Source: a virus | Virus record (IMG/VR): IMGVR_UViG_3300037461_001096 | Location: 64,001 to 128,000 of that record | Reading direction: 5' to 3' (one strand) | Length of the DNA: 64,000 nucleotides | Part shown: in pieces, positions 18,027 through 29,300 of the stretch | Position numbering within the stretch: the stretch's first letter is position 1 | How the letters are laid out: each line of letters starts with the position of its first letter | The notes under the pieces: generated by a model | Database searches by the model: none | Told to the model about the DNA's origin: nothing | Seen by the model: the letters and a program-made list of their open reading frames with translations, nothing else | Translations under genes and position numbers: made by a program

Positions 18027-20121
18027 TCTCTGACAAATCTACAGTTGCGGCTTTCGCTTCGAATGGGTCTTCCTGGGGCTCGGAAGGGGCTTTCCCGATG
18101 CTTTTTACCTTCGAAGCTGGTTTAGCCTTCGCTGAAAAATTTGGAAGCTTCGAGGGGTTTTTTTGACCTTCCTTTATCATAGATACTAACTCCATGGCGT
18201 CATCTTCGGGTACAAATTCAAGCCCTCCTTTTAGCCCCTCCCCGGCTACTTTGTCAGCTAATGCCTTCTTAGATTTGAGCTTCTTAATAACATAGTGATC
18301 TATGGTCTTACGGCCGTCTTTTCTCACCCCAACCAAATGTGTAGCAACTGTCATTGAGTGTTTACTTCCAATGCGGATCATACGACCAATGAGCTGCAAA
18401 TAAGTCCCCCATGACCATGGAGAATCCAATAGAACAAAATGCTCAGCTGCTTGTAGATTAATAGACTCCGATCCGGCTTCCGTAATTAGAATAACATCTA
18501 CTTCAGACTTTGGATCTTGAAAAATCTTCTTAGCCTTCTCTCGATCTGAGGATTGCTTTTCTTTTCCAGTAATCCTGACACACCGGATGCTTCTATCCTT
18601 CAAAGCCTGCTCAGTCAGAGAGATCATGCGCTCAAAACGGGAGAACACAATCACCTTTGCTCCATCGAGCTCATTTTCTAGCATCTCAAGCAGTGTTTGT
18701 ATCTTGGGTGACTTTCCTTCCCACGGTTTCCCGTCACTATCATTCAAAAGGTTTGGCGCATCCACTGCCTCCTGGACAAAAGTCATGGCGCCTAAGACAG
18801 CTGCTGGGGACTCGTCTGGATCAGCGTCTTTGGCAAGCAAACCGGCTTCAGTCAAATCATATAACTCTTCCTGCAAATCTGTCAATTCACATTGAAGTTC
18901 TCGAGTAACTAAACGTGGGAGTTCAGTGGCTACGTCGTATTTTCGTCGCGAAAGATAAAACGGCTCTATATTTCGTACGAATTTATCAAGATTCTTATAT
19001 CCAACTACAATCGGAACAGAACGGCCGCCCCCGATACGTTGAAGCTTAGTAATACAAAATTCATTTTGAAACCATGTAACTCTCGGAAATAACCCGGGAA
19101 CGACTATACGAAAAATGGAGAAGAACTCCATAAGACGATTCTTCACTGGAGTTGCCGTTAGGCCATACACGCGTTCACAACATTTAGCAAGGTCTGCCGC
19201 AGCAGTATGTATTTTGCCCCTGTGGTTCTTAACCACGTGAGCCTCGTCCATAACGAGCATGAGCTTGGCTTCTGGATGCTGAGCTTGAAAAGCGCGAATA
19301 TGACCAATAATACCCATAGAGATAACTGTGGGGTGTACAAGTTCTTCAAGTCTAGCAGCCTCTTTTTTCCAGATGGCTTCTGTACTAAGCAGCTTTGTCA
19401 TGCGCTCAACTTGTTGTTCATCTTTATCATTCCATCCATTAGGACAGGTTGGTCTTGATTTTATACCTATTGCAGTGGATGTTTTTGCATAGTCCCAAAT
19501 CTCAAAGGGTCTGGTATTGAACCAAGATTCAAAATCTGTATATGCTCCTGAGATTGCTGTCTTTGCTTCCTTCAAAATTTTGCGCAGCCTGGAAAGCTCT
19601 TTTTTATCTGCTACAGACGCCTTGTGATCAGATTTTCGAATCACAGATTCCTGCGCATCTTTTAGCAAGGCGTCGTATGTCATAATTAGGAGATGTTTTG
19701 CTGACCCATAACTTTCAAAAAATTTCGTATAAGTTTCATCTCGTTCATATGGCCCACCGTCTACCGTAACAGCCTCCATATCTTGAAGGAATTTTTTAGT
19801 CTCTGCTTCCCACTGATATAAAGAAGATTTCTTTGTTATAACAATTGGTACGTACTCGGGCTCTTTTAGCCACACATAACCTATTGCACCCAAAACTTCT
19901 AGCGTTTTACCCAGTCCAGTGTCGTCTGAGACTACCATGCGTGGCGACATCAGCAGGTTCATGATGCCGATTTTTTGATAATTTCTAACATTGACCGGAA
20001 TTTCGACACCGTCATCGTCTATGTACTTGCTCTTCAAGAACGGGGAAGGCTTTAGGTTGATGTCCTTCATACTGCGTAATTTACGCAGTTCTTCCAGCAT
20101 TTTAACTTCATTTGGCGTCAT
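18016..20121 (-). CDS. SNF2-family helicase
   Basis: Q-motif RNYQ, DDTGLGKT, MDEAHVVKN, LTATPVKN, VIVFSRF, AGSESINLQ and QLIGRMIRIG. Confidence 0.93.
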   Translation of the reverse strand: MTPNEVKMLEELRKLRSMKDINLKPSPFLKSKYIDDDGVEIPVNVRNYQKIGIMNLLMSPRMVVSDDTGLGKTLEVLGAIGYVWLKEPEYVPIVITKKSSLYQWEAETKKFLQDMEAVTVDGGPYERDETYTKFFESYGSAKHLLIMTYDALLKDAQESVIRKSDHKASVADKKELSRLRKILKEAKTAISGAYTDFESWFNTRPFEIWDYAKTSTAIGIKSRPTCPNGWNDKDEQQVERMTKLLSTEAIWKKEAARLEELVHPTVISMGIIGHIRAFQAQHPEAKLMLVMDEAHVVKNHRGKIHTAAADLAKCCERVYGLTATPVKNRLMEFFSIFRIVVPGLFPRVTWFQNEFCITKLQRIGGGRSVPIVVGYKNLDKFVRNIEPFYLSRRKYDVATELPRLVTRELQCELTDLQEELYDLTEAGLLAKDADPDESPAAVLGAMTFVQEAVDAPNLLNDSDGKPWEGKSPKIQTLLEMLENELDGAKVIVFSRFERMISLTEQALKDRSIRCVRITGKEKQSSDREKAKKIFQDPKSEVDVILITEAGSESINLQAAEHFVLLDSPWSWGTYLQLIGRMIRIGSKHSMTVATHLVGVRKDGRKTIDHYVIKKLKSKKALADKVAGEGLKGGLEFVPEDDAMELVSMIKEGQKNPSKLPNFSAKAKPASKVKSIGKAPSEPQEDPFEAKAATVDLSEIEI

Positions 20122-20219
20122 ATTAGTCTTTGGTTGTATTTTATGAACGCAAAACCAAACATAAGGTCAAGCATCAAATGATAATTAAACATGAGGCATA
20201 GACAGCCCCTGGGGAACAT

Positions 20220-20441
20220 TCACATCATACGCTGTTCATTTATCAATTCATTACACAAAAGACATAGGTCACAATCAATATCACACCACGCTGTGGCCCC
20301 ACATTTCGGGCAGGTTATTATATATCTGGCCACAAACGCTGCAATCTCATGTGCCGTTATGTCTGCGATGAGCTGCGCATCTGGTGCATTGGATAAAGCG
20401 TGTTTCAATATTTTTATTGCAGTTTTCTCTGGGTCATTCAT
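20220..20441 (-). CDS. small Cys-rich (zinc-finger) protein
   Basis: CPKC..C...CDLCLLC; SD-like AAGGGA upstream. Confidence 0.55.
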   Translation of the reverse strand: MNDPEKTAIKILKHALSNAPDAQLIADITAHEIAAFVARYIITCPKCGATAWCDIDCDLCLLCNELINEQRMM

Positions 20442-20541
20442 GGATCTATCCCTTGTTACACTAGGCTTTGCTTATTCCCGTGCAGTATCGTAACAGACCT
20501 GACCGTTTTATGCCAGGATCCCGTGTTGAACGTATTAATGC

Positions 20542-21168
20542 TCAGTTAAAGCTAAAATAAGCTGCGAAGCTTACACTTGATTTAAATCCATCATATAGCA
20601 TGGAGTACCCGGTATATAAACCAAAATTTTTTGTTAAGTCCAAACCGGGACCAGCACCAACACTTCGAATTCCTGTGAATGCGGACAGGTTTAAGGTTCC
20701 TAAATGGAAGAAATCCCATGATAGACCGGCGTCTAAAGGATAAACAACACCATCATCCCCTTTAATTTTTTGAATTAGCTCTGGGGCAAGAACCCCAGCC
20801 TGTGCCCGAATCCGAAGTCTAAACATAGGTTCGGGAGGCTCTGGTCTGTACCAAACATGAGGATTCAGTGTAACCCTCATATCTCTGTCTATATGCTTAC
20901 CTATTCTGATTTTTGCTCGCAACGGTGAATTGACGCCACCGTTCACATACACACGTCCGTTCCAATCTCTTGTTACAATGAGGGAGTCTTGAAATTCAAT
21001 TACGGCAGGAGACTTATGGATGTCGTCAAGCTCGTCAACCATTTTCCTTAATATATCAACCTGCTCTTTAGTGAGACATTTTCCACTACATGGCTCTGGA
21101 TTTTGTGCAAATGCATCAATTGATAAGGTCATCAGCACTGTGAGAATGATGTAGAAGATGGATTTCAT
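20542..21168 (-). CDS. exported protein with C-terminal amphipathic beta strands (outer-membrane-like)
   Basis: SPase I-type signal (MKSIFYIILTVLMTLSIDAFA|Q), a short coiled coil, and alternating beta strands ending YFSFN. Confidence 0.6.
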   Translation of the reverse strand: MKSIFYIILTVLMTLSIDAFAQNPEPCSGKCLTKEQVDILRKMVDELDDIHKSPAVIEFQDSLIVTRDWNGRVYVNGGVNSPLRAKIRIGKHIDRDMRVTLNPHVWYRPEPPEPMFRLRIRAQAGVLAPELIQKIKGDDGVVYPLDAGLSWDFFHLGTLNLSAFTGIRSVGAGPGLDLTKNFGLYTGYSMLYDGFKSSVSFAAYFSFN

Positions 21169-21647
21169 TGCAAAATGTCCTTTACTTTATCAATATTTAC
21201 ACCACTATCGTTGTTTTTTAATTGATATACGTCCGGTGTTACTTCGATAACCTCAGATATATCGGTATTTTTAATCCCAGTTGGTAAAGGTAAAATTACT
21301 TCCGTTTTATCCGGCTTAATAACTGTTATTGTATCAGGGTTGCTGAAGATACCAGGCTTTTTGATTTCAGTGCTCACTGGAGATTGTATGTATCCCCTGT
21401 CATCAGACTGTCCAGGTTGGATTGGGTCTCCTTTATCATTGACCCGTCCAGGTGGTGGAATAACTCTCACGCCCGGAGACGGTTTCTTACCAAATAATTT
21501 GTCTAGTAAGCCTCCAATTTGAACGTCATGGCCGAGAAATTTCATTGCCACTGCAGCAATGATTATAAAAACCGCCGCAGCTGTGGCAAGCGGATATTTC
21601 ACCATAAGTTCATACAGACGTTTAAAAAAATTTTTTAGGTATTTCAT
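21165..21647 (-). CDS. single-pass membrane protein
   Basis: N-terminal TM helix (PLATAAAVFIIIAAVAM) and a Pro-rich soluble part; ATGA overlap with the next gene. Confidence 0.65.
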   Translation of the reverse strand: MKYLKNFFKRLYELMVKYPLATAAAVFIIIAAVAMKFLGHDVQIGGLLDKLFGKKPSPGVRVIPPPGRVNDKGDPIQPGQSDDRGYIQSPVSTEIKKPGIFSNPDTITVIKPDKTEVILPLPTGIKNTDISEVIEVTPDVYQLKNNDSGVNIDKVKDILQ

Positions 21648-21657
21648 CTTAACAACC

Positions 21658-24600
21658 TCATAATGCTGTTGATGGGGTCTTCAGACATGCCTGATTTCTG
21701 ACCATCAGATCCTCGTCTACATATTTATATGTTGCTGGAGTTGCATTAAGACCTGTTTCAGCTCCATAAAGCATTCCTAAATAAGATCCAGAACCAGGAA
21801 TGGGGCCCGGTGTTGTTGGATGTTCTGGGGTACCAGTCCCATCAGTAAGTGATATACCGATATACCCAAAATCATCAAGAATACTCCAAAAAGAACAGCA
21901 GTTTCTGTCAAGAAATACAGCAGGAATTAAATTTTCATATCCAGTTCCTGTCCCTGCTGGGAAAATGTGAATCTGCCTTTTTCCATTTGACGGAGACGTA
22001 TCCGCAGAGAAATTTTTCTTCAAAAGATTATCGACAATGTTTACTGAACAGAAATGATTTGCAGACTTATAATAATAAATAATCCCTGGTTTAGTACAAT
22101 ATCCTATATTATTTGCTGATATAAGGCCGCTTCTCTTAAGGTAAACGGTGGTAAGGTGGATACCACCGTATTTACAGTATTCAATATTATTTCTGGATAT
22201 CTCGAACCCACCGGCACCGTCTGTTTCTTCTAGAAGATCAACTTCTATTCCATTGTTAGTGTACTGTATGGTACAATCTGTAATTTTGAAATTGGTGTTA
22301 TACCACGGGGCGTCCCAATTTCCGTCAACATAACACATAAATCCAGACCCGTCGTCTGCTGTAGACCCATCATTGAGTTTGAAGTCAATAATTGATGAGT
22401 TTTTGACGTGAATGTCACTAGCATTAAGCCTAACATGACCAATAGAAGACCACCCAGAACCGGATTTAATCGCATTGCGTCCCTGTAATATCATATGATC
22501 AATAACCCCGCTCGGTTTATATGTAAGACCGTTCCCAGTCATTGATTCCTGCCCAAGATTAAAAATGTGCCATCTATACCTTGGTAGATATCTGGATGAC
22601 CCAGCATGCCCAGAATAATCATGACAGTTAACATTTCTTACGTCAAGTATATGACAGTATAATAAATATACGTCTCCTTCGCATATAGGGTTTCCGCCGC
22701 TATAACTTGCGCTCAGTTGCAACAGTCCAGTCATTTCAAGTCCATCGATCTTGATATCATCAGCCATGACGGCCATACTACCCCATGGTTTGATGCCCAC
22801 CCAGCTCCCATTAGGGGTACCACTAACACCGCCCTCATATAAACCGGCGTGCATAGCCCATGCTACATCATAAGTTGGAGTTCCGTGAACTGACAACCCG
22901 GATGGGCCTGTAAGGTCATACTTACAGTTTTTAACTGTAACGCTCCTAGCACCATAAGCAATGGTGAAGGCATTTGTGTGTCCAACAGTGGTAGGCGGTT
23001 GATGTGTGAATGTTGTATTTTCAAAAGTAAGTGAGTCTATGTACATGTATGCGCCAGTTGTATCAGCGTTAGTTCCGTTTGCAGTTGGAAGAAGATGAAG
23101 CAAAACATTCATCCCACCTGCTGGTGTGTGGCATGCCACCGAGCAATCAGAATATGATACTTTGTCAATAATTAGTCCATTCCCAGCCCGAACATCGTTT
23201 CCATTAGGATCTAAGTCCAAAATGCCAGTATTTGCATTCAAATTATTTCCGGACATTGTTGCAGTTCCTAATTGGAACAGACATCTATTGAATAAAACCC
23301 CAGCCATATGATAAACGCCACTGATGCCTGACACTGCTTTAATGAAAAAAGTTTGGATGCCAGTATTAGAGAAAAATCCACAATCTTCAAATACCAATGG
23401 TACGGCAGCGTTTGCCACATCAAGAATTGATACAGTAGGACCTATAACGTTAACATTGTTGAGTTGGCATCTTTTTATGAGTACTTGAACATTATCAGAA
23501 TTTGAAAATGTCGCTGGTGCACGAATACACAGTTGTTCTATGGTGCAGTTGTCCGCATGTAATAGGGCACCTGACGTTGTTTCAACACCGTAAAACCCAC
23601 TATTTGCTGTGATGCTAAGGTTCTCAAGTCTGAGACGACCGCCGTTACCATCTCTAGTGAAGGTTATGGTGTTACCAGTTGATGGTTTTTGAATGGTGCA
23701 AACGGCCCCGGTCACCTGTCGACCGGTTCCTATAACAGTCAAATCCATACCTGAAACCGAGATGGTGCTGGTTGCTGTGTACGTCCCAGGCTTTACATAT
23801 ATGACAGCGCCTTTTACGCTTTTTAATACGAGAAATGCTATGGCATCCTGTACCGCTGTCGTGCCGTTGAAATCCCCAAATGTAGTAGACCCATTACCAC
23901 AAGTCACATAGGCTCTGGCGTTTAAACTGCGGAGGATTGAATACTCCCCATCTATTTCAAAGGCATCTTTATCTGCCACACGAGGGATGAAGTCACCATT
24001 CAATGCTGTAGCTGAGGTGAGTTGGAGACGCTCACCAGAACCGCTACCTATAATGTTTTCATCTGAAAACATCATAGTACCAGCACTAGACAGCCAACCG
24101 TTATTTGCTATCTGAAATGTTGGCCCGTTGTCTGAGTTATCGGATGACACTGAAATCAAATCACTAAAGTCAGACCAAGGCGTGTTGTCTATATTAGACT
24201 GAAAACCAAGTCTAAGGCTTCCATCCTCCCCATGGGAAATTAACGTTGCCGCCTTACCTGAAATATCTTTGTTCCATTTTGAAGTGGACGAATTCCACCA
24301 AGCATTCCATGTCGAAACATATTTTCCAACAGCAGTTGACGAGTCAGCATAGTTTCGAAGGGAATACGTGTTCTTTGTAGAAGACGGTGGATCTGTAATT
24401 GGGATTCCGTCTGATTTAAATAGCAAAGTTTTAACAGATGTGGCACCCTGTATATACGGAATGTTTAATCTAGACGAGGACGGGTTCTCAATTCCACTGC
24501 CGATATTCATCACTCCAGTGGATAAATGCGGCAAGAAACTTGGAAATACGGTTGGTGTGATGAGGCCGTGTTTATCTAATAGCACTGGTTTATTGGAATT

Positions 24601-26211
24601 TTCGATACCATTATATATGGTATCAATTTGAGACACTGTGTCTTGATTCATAAATTCTTGTAGAGTCGTCGACTCAGCGTTTGGTACATCACCGAATTCC
24701 AGAGACTCTGGAATCAACATAACGATTGGCATGCCATACGCCCCAACCGGCCATGCGGGGGGAACTACCGGGTGTTCCTCAATTGGGGCATACTTGGTAG
24801 TGTCTGGAACTAATCCCATTTTTGCGCACGTACCCGCAACGACATCCTCAATTTTAACAAAGAAATTCTCCATTTCTTCTGAAGATGAGTCGCAGAACGG
24901 ATTAAAGATCTTAATCTCGGTACTTCCACTGACACTGCAGGTATTAGCGCCAGTTACAGTGCCGATTTGCATACCAAGCTTTGCTAGAGTTGTTTTGTTG
25001 GAACCAGACCCAATTTGCACCAAAGCAGATGGGCCAGTGGTTGACGATTTAACTTGAATATAATTTGCACTACCAACTTGGTGTACATATGCAACAATGC
25101 TACCGAACGCGGCATTGATTATATCAACAACACTTTGAGTAGATGATTCATTTGCATGAGCGGAAAACGTAATGGTATGACTGGTTGCGTCAACCTTCAA
25201 AACAATTGAATCGGAATCATTAAGTTGGTACGGCTCAGGCACTTTGGCCGTTATACGAGGCGACGCGTCAGATGTGTTGAAGGCTGTGTTAATCGCATTC
25301 ACCACATCAGTAACAGAGTTAATCGTTCCAAATGTAGTTTCGAAAGACCTTTCAGCACCATCAGCCAACCCGTGAGTTATACGTAACTTGTATGTTCCTA
25401 AAGCAGAGAAATCCCCACTGCTACTTATTAGAGCCGGCTGGGTTAGCCCAAATGCAAAAAATGACAGAGTGATCGATGTTCCATTTGAACTAAGTCTTCC
25501 ATACACTGTTTGTCCACCAACAGTGTTAACATACGAACCATCTTCTGCATATAAACCTGTGCTGGTTTGTGTAAGCACAGTTTCGCCGTTGGCGTATCGG
25601 AGCGGGAAGTACCCACCTCTCCCATCAAGGGAAGAAGTAATTATTCCACGTTTCTTAGCAGCGACCCCATACGCCGTTTTAGTACTAGCACCAAATTCGA
25701 GTCTCGAAAGCGTATTTTCTGTGTACCCAACATCTGTAATGATTGCCCAGGCCCCAGATCCAACATCAGCAGATGTTGGACCGACACTTGAAATTTGTAC
25801 ACTCCCATTGTTATCCGATGCGGCAACCTGATTGGTATACGTTGGGTTCAAAGCTCTATTAATCGCGCCTGAAACCTTGGCCGCGGTTAAAGATAGATCG
25901 CCGTCTATTGTTACAAAATCACCTGTTATGAATGTAACGACAATCGGGTTCCCACCGTTCAAACTCCGCATTTTGACGGCAAACGAGTCGCCTGCGTTTA
26001 TATTAATGAATGGGCCGGGACTGTCTCCAATTAAAACTGCTGGACAGTTTTCTTCGGCTCCACCAACAACACCCGTAACTGATGCATTTTTAAAATTTGT
26101 AAAATCACTGCCACTCAGCACCATCGTTGTGTCGTTCGGCTGTGATGGAAGTTGGTACTTGACGTAGTTTGTCCGCGGTTCGTTTACCTGAAATCCTCGA
26201 AGCCTTGCCAT
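21658..26211 (-). CDS. tail fibre/tailspike with C-terminal right-handed beta-helix (pectin-lyase-like)
   Basis: AVQDAI....GAVIYVKPGTY beta-helix cap followed by Asn/Cys-rich coils (ISRNNIEYC, ISANNIGYC); SD GGAG upstream. Confidence 0.75.
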   Translation of the reverse strand: MARLRGFQVNEPRTNYVKYQLPSQPNDTTMVLSGSDFTNFKNASVTGVVGGAEENCPAVLIGDSPGPFININAGDSFAVKMRSLNGGNPIVVTFITGDFVTIDGDLSLTAAKVSGAINRALNPTYTNQVAASDNNGSVQISSVGPTSADVGSGAWAIITDVGYTENTLSRLEFGASTKTAYGVAAKKRGIITSSLDGRGGYFPLRYANGETVLTQTSTGLYAEDGSYVNTVGGQTVYGRLSSNGTSITLSFFAFGLTQPALISSSGDFSALGTYKLRITHGLADGAERSFETTFGTINSVTDVVNAINTAFNTSDASPRITAKVPEPYQLNDSDSIVLKVDATSHTITFSAHANESSTQSVVDIINAAFGSIVAYVHQVGSANYIQVKSSTTGPSALVQIGSGSNKTTLAKLGMQIGTVTGANTCSVSGSTEIKIFNPFCDSSSEEMENFFVKIEDVVAGTCAKMGLVPDTTKYAPIEEHPVVPPAWPVGAYGMPIVMLIPESLEFGDVPNAESTTLQEFMNQDTVSQIDTIYNGIENSNKPVLLDKHGLITPTVFPSFLPHLSTGVMNIGSGIENPSSSRLNIPYIQGATSVKTLLFKSDGIPITDPPSSTKNTYSLRNYADSSTAVGKYVSTWNAWWNSSTSKWNKDISGKAATLISHGEDGSLRLGFQSNIDNTPWSDFSDLISVSSDNSDNGPTFQIANNGWLSSAGTMMFSDENIIGSGSGERLQLTSATALNGDFIPRVADKDAFEIDGEYSILRSLNARAYVTCGNGSTTFGDFNGTTAVQDAIAFLVLKSVKGAVIYVKPGTYTATSTISVSGMDLTVIGTGRQVTGAVCTIQKPSTGNTITFTRDGNGGRLRLENLSITANSGFYGVETTSGALLHADNCTIEQLCIRAPATFSNSDNVQVLIKRCQLNNVNVIGPTVSILDVANAAVPLVFEDCGFFSNTGIQTFFIKAVSGISGVYHMAGVLFNRCLFQLGTATMSGNNLNANTGILDLDPNGNDVRAGNGLIIDKVSYSDCSVACHTPAGGMNVLLHLLPTANGTNADTTGAYMYIDSLTFENTTFTHQPPTTVGHTNAFTIAYGARSVTVKNCKYDLTGPSGLSVHGTPTYDVAWAMHAGLYEGGVSGTPNGSWVGIKPWGSMAVMADDIKIDGLEMTGLLQLSASYSGGNPICEGDVYLLYCHILDVRNVNCHDYSGHAGSSRYLPRYRWHIFNLGQESMTGNGLTYKPSGVIDHMILQGRNAIKSGSGWSSIGHVRLNASDIHVKNSSIIDFKLNDGSTADDGSGFMCYVDGNWDAPWYNTNFKITDCTIQYTNNGIEVDLLEETDGAGGFEISRNNIEYCKYGGIHLTTVYLKRSGLISANNIGYCTKPGIIYYYKSANHFCSVNIVDNLLKKNFSADTSPSNGKRQIHIFPAGTGTGYENLIPAVFLDRNCCSFWSILDDFGYIGISLTDGTGTPEHPTTPGPIPGSGSYLGMLYGAETGLNATPATYKYVDEDLMVRNQACLKTPSTAL

Positions 26212-26342
26212 TCGAAATCTCCAGCAGAAGATTGAACAAAAAGATTATCTGTCTCTTAGGTAACAATCTCTGCAAACTGGCATACGTTGTAACAATTCAA
26301 GTATGTCAACACACTTTACGGAAAAACCTGACATAATTAGTC

Positions 26343-29300
26343 TTACTTAAGAGCGTAAAAAACCTCAAGAACATCTGATGTAATCAGAGAAGGAAAAGAC
26401 GTTAAGTATGTGATATCTCGATTTAGAGGTGGTCCACCGACAGTATAATCAACGCCATACTGAAGTTTAGATCCATTCAGCCAAGCCTGCACGGTGGCCG
26501 GGTCTAGAGGTGACCCACTCAATGCATCTGGAAAAAGTGTTTGCCCATCTGACGAAATAGTGATCGTTTCTTGTCGGAATGAACCCAAGTTTGGATCACT
26601 CGATCCAAAGAATATTGGATCGTCCCACACATCATTAACAAACATAGGCTTTGCAGTGGGTACAATGTCCATGTCAACACCACTCCTGCGCTTCTCAAGC
26701 GGTCGTCCCCAAATCCGGAATCTATCAGCAGCTGTGTACCCCTCGTTTACACCGGATGCGGAATGGGAAACCTCTGTCCCCCTGAAATAGGAAGGGGACG
26801 CGTGTGTAACGATGAACATCTGCAGTTCATGTCCCGGGTGGACTTCACTGGAGTTCACAACTTCTGGTTGAGAACGTACGAGATACGCGACACCAGACAT
26901 AACAGCGCCAACTTCAAAGTTGGGTTTTGCCTTAGTTAGTTTAGCAACGATCCCAGATCCGGCCCATGGAGACGTAACTGAGTATGCGGCTCCTCCCCTT
27001 GTTGTCTTAAAATTATACACATCAGTCGTAGAGCCAGTCCCATCAACGCGAATCAAAGCTTCGCCACCATTTCCAGTGATGTTTGACGCGTTCCCGCAAA
27101 CAAACTCGGTCCCTTCCCATCGTGGAATGCCGGCAACTGATGGGTCTTGAGCAGATTGAAACGGCTGGAACGAAAGCGTTCCAAGGGGAATCAACGCGGC
27201 ATTTGATGCAGACCTTGTTTGGTATAAAGTTTTTCCAATGAAATCCTTATCCCGGAAATAAATTCCAAGAGGAAGATTGCTAACACATCCAGCGAACTCT
27301 GGATGTAAATCTCGGTCGTACGCTTCAGACATGGCCCCACGTTTCACTGCTGGTCTTGACGCAACTGAGGCGGCAGTCACTGGGAATTTTGGTGTTGCCC
27401 AGTCTTCATATCCGACACGATTAAGTGAAAACCTTCGATCCAGGTCAACTAAAGTTCCGGCATAGTCAGGAACCCCGTTAGGATTACTAACTGTGCTGAG
27501 CATTGGGATAGGTGTTGACCCGGATAGACGGCCAGTCCCAAGAGATGTCACAAACGGTAGGGATGTTAGAATTTCAAAACCGGCTTTATTTTTTAGGGTT
27601 AACGTATTCGGAGGTCCAAGTGGATGGTTAAAAATTGCCTGCGCTTCTCCAACCGATAGAGGTCCAATTCTTTGTAGATCATCAGAGTGTGACCCCTGGG
27701 TCCCGAAGACATCACCTTGATACGGCATCCTACTATAATATACTGTGACTTCGTTATTGACGTAATTCAACGACATTGGAGCAGGCACAATGACTCCAAC
27801 GGTGTTATCGCTAGATGTCGTGAAATTATTGACATCGACACTGATTGATCCGCCACTTATCATTTTGCATATCAGTAAACGAGCGTTCGTCTGCAAGAAT
27901 CCCCTGTCAAAAGCAAATAGCGTGCATTCAACAAGGAAGTTTGAGTTATCAAATGTCGTTCCTGCCGGAGCTTTACTAAAATCGAGGGCGTCTGCACTTA
28001 AAACAAAAGTTAAGTCCCCGTTTGCATCAACACTGAGTAGGACTGTGGCAGCGTCACAGTCATCACGGAGCAGGTTTATACTCGTCCCAACACCACCAAC
28101 GTATATCCTATTGTTGTCGAATGGACTCGCCGGGGATGGTACAACTGGATCTGTAATTGGATCTCTCAGATATACCCCTGTTATCCTGGCTGGAGCCAAA
28201 AATGGTGGGAATTGTATGCCCTTAAATGATCCACCAGAAGCAGAGCTAACTGTTGAATTGATATACTTTTGACCAAAAATAGACATACTTCCACTAGCTT
28301 GTCCGTATGTCTCGGACGGTACAGGCGTAACAATATAAAATCCTGGAGCCCCTGACGGGTAACAGACGAGATTCCTGTTCCAATCTGATGTATTTGTAGC
28401 GGCAAATGGACCTTCTTTCGACATAAGTAAGAAGTTAAGTCCAGATGGAAAAATGCCGTTAGTGACTGGAATAATTGGGATATGATGCAATCCTGGCCGT
28501 GGCATCCACTCCATCGGCAGTTCGACATACCTCGTGTCAGCATAGTTTGCCGTACCAGAAGCTCGTTGACTATAAAATAAACTCAGTGGATCAGTAACTG
28601 AATAAACAGTTGTTAGTCCATCCTGGCTGAGTTTTGGCATGGGTCCTTGAAACGACGGTGAAAGTTGCGTCCCATACCAATTCAATCGGTATCCACTACG
28701 AACAAGCAATTTTGGGGTAAGCATATTTCGATATGGGGCTACATACACAGTCTTAGACCCCGGATCGATCATAACCTCAGAAGTTATAGCTAGTGTTCTA
28801 TTACGCCCGGTCTGAACGAGCGGAGAATCCCCAAGATAAGTTGGGATCATCCTGTTCATTGTGGGTAGACCAGGTCTTGTCATAACCTTTGATGAATTAC
28901 TCGGGCTTCCAAGCCAATTCACAGCATGGATATGCTTCGGCTTATGGGACAAACCCCTCCCAGCACCATATACAACGGCAAACTGGATGTGTAAGACCGT
29001 CGCTATAGCCAAATCCGTAGATGGAGATGTGAATCCATACATCGCGTCATCAAATTCAGTTAACTTTGTGCTGTCTGTACCTGAATTGAACTTGATCACA
29101 AGATCCCCAGAAGAATTAATTGAAACATCAATACCCTGACCATGCTTCATTATATGATTGCCAATCAGATCATATTCAACTAGGCCGTTTAGCATTGTTG
29201 GGTAACTAACGGTTGGAGCTGTATCTGGGTTAATTATATCCGGACCTTGTACAGGTGGGGGACCTGGGTCAGTAATATTTAATAACATCCCACCGTTTGG

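Noticed and set aside
19280-19650. Intein in the SNF2 helicase
   Set aside because: The insertion lacks an N-terminal Cys/Ser, the TxxH block and a C-terminal HN.
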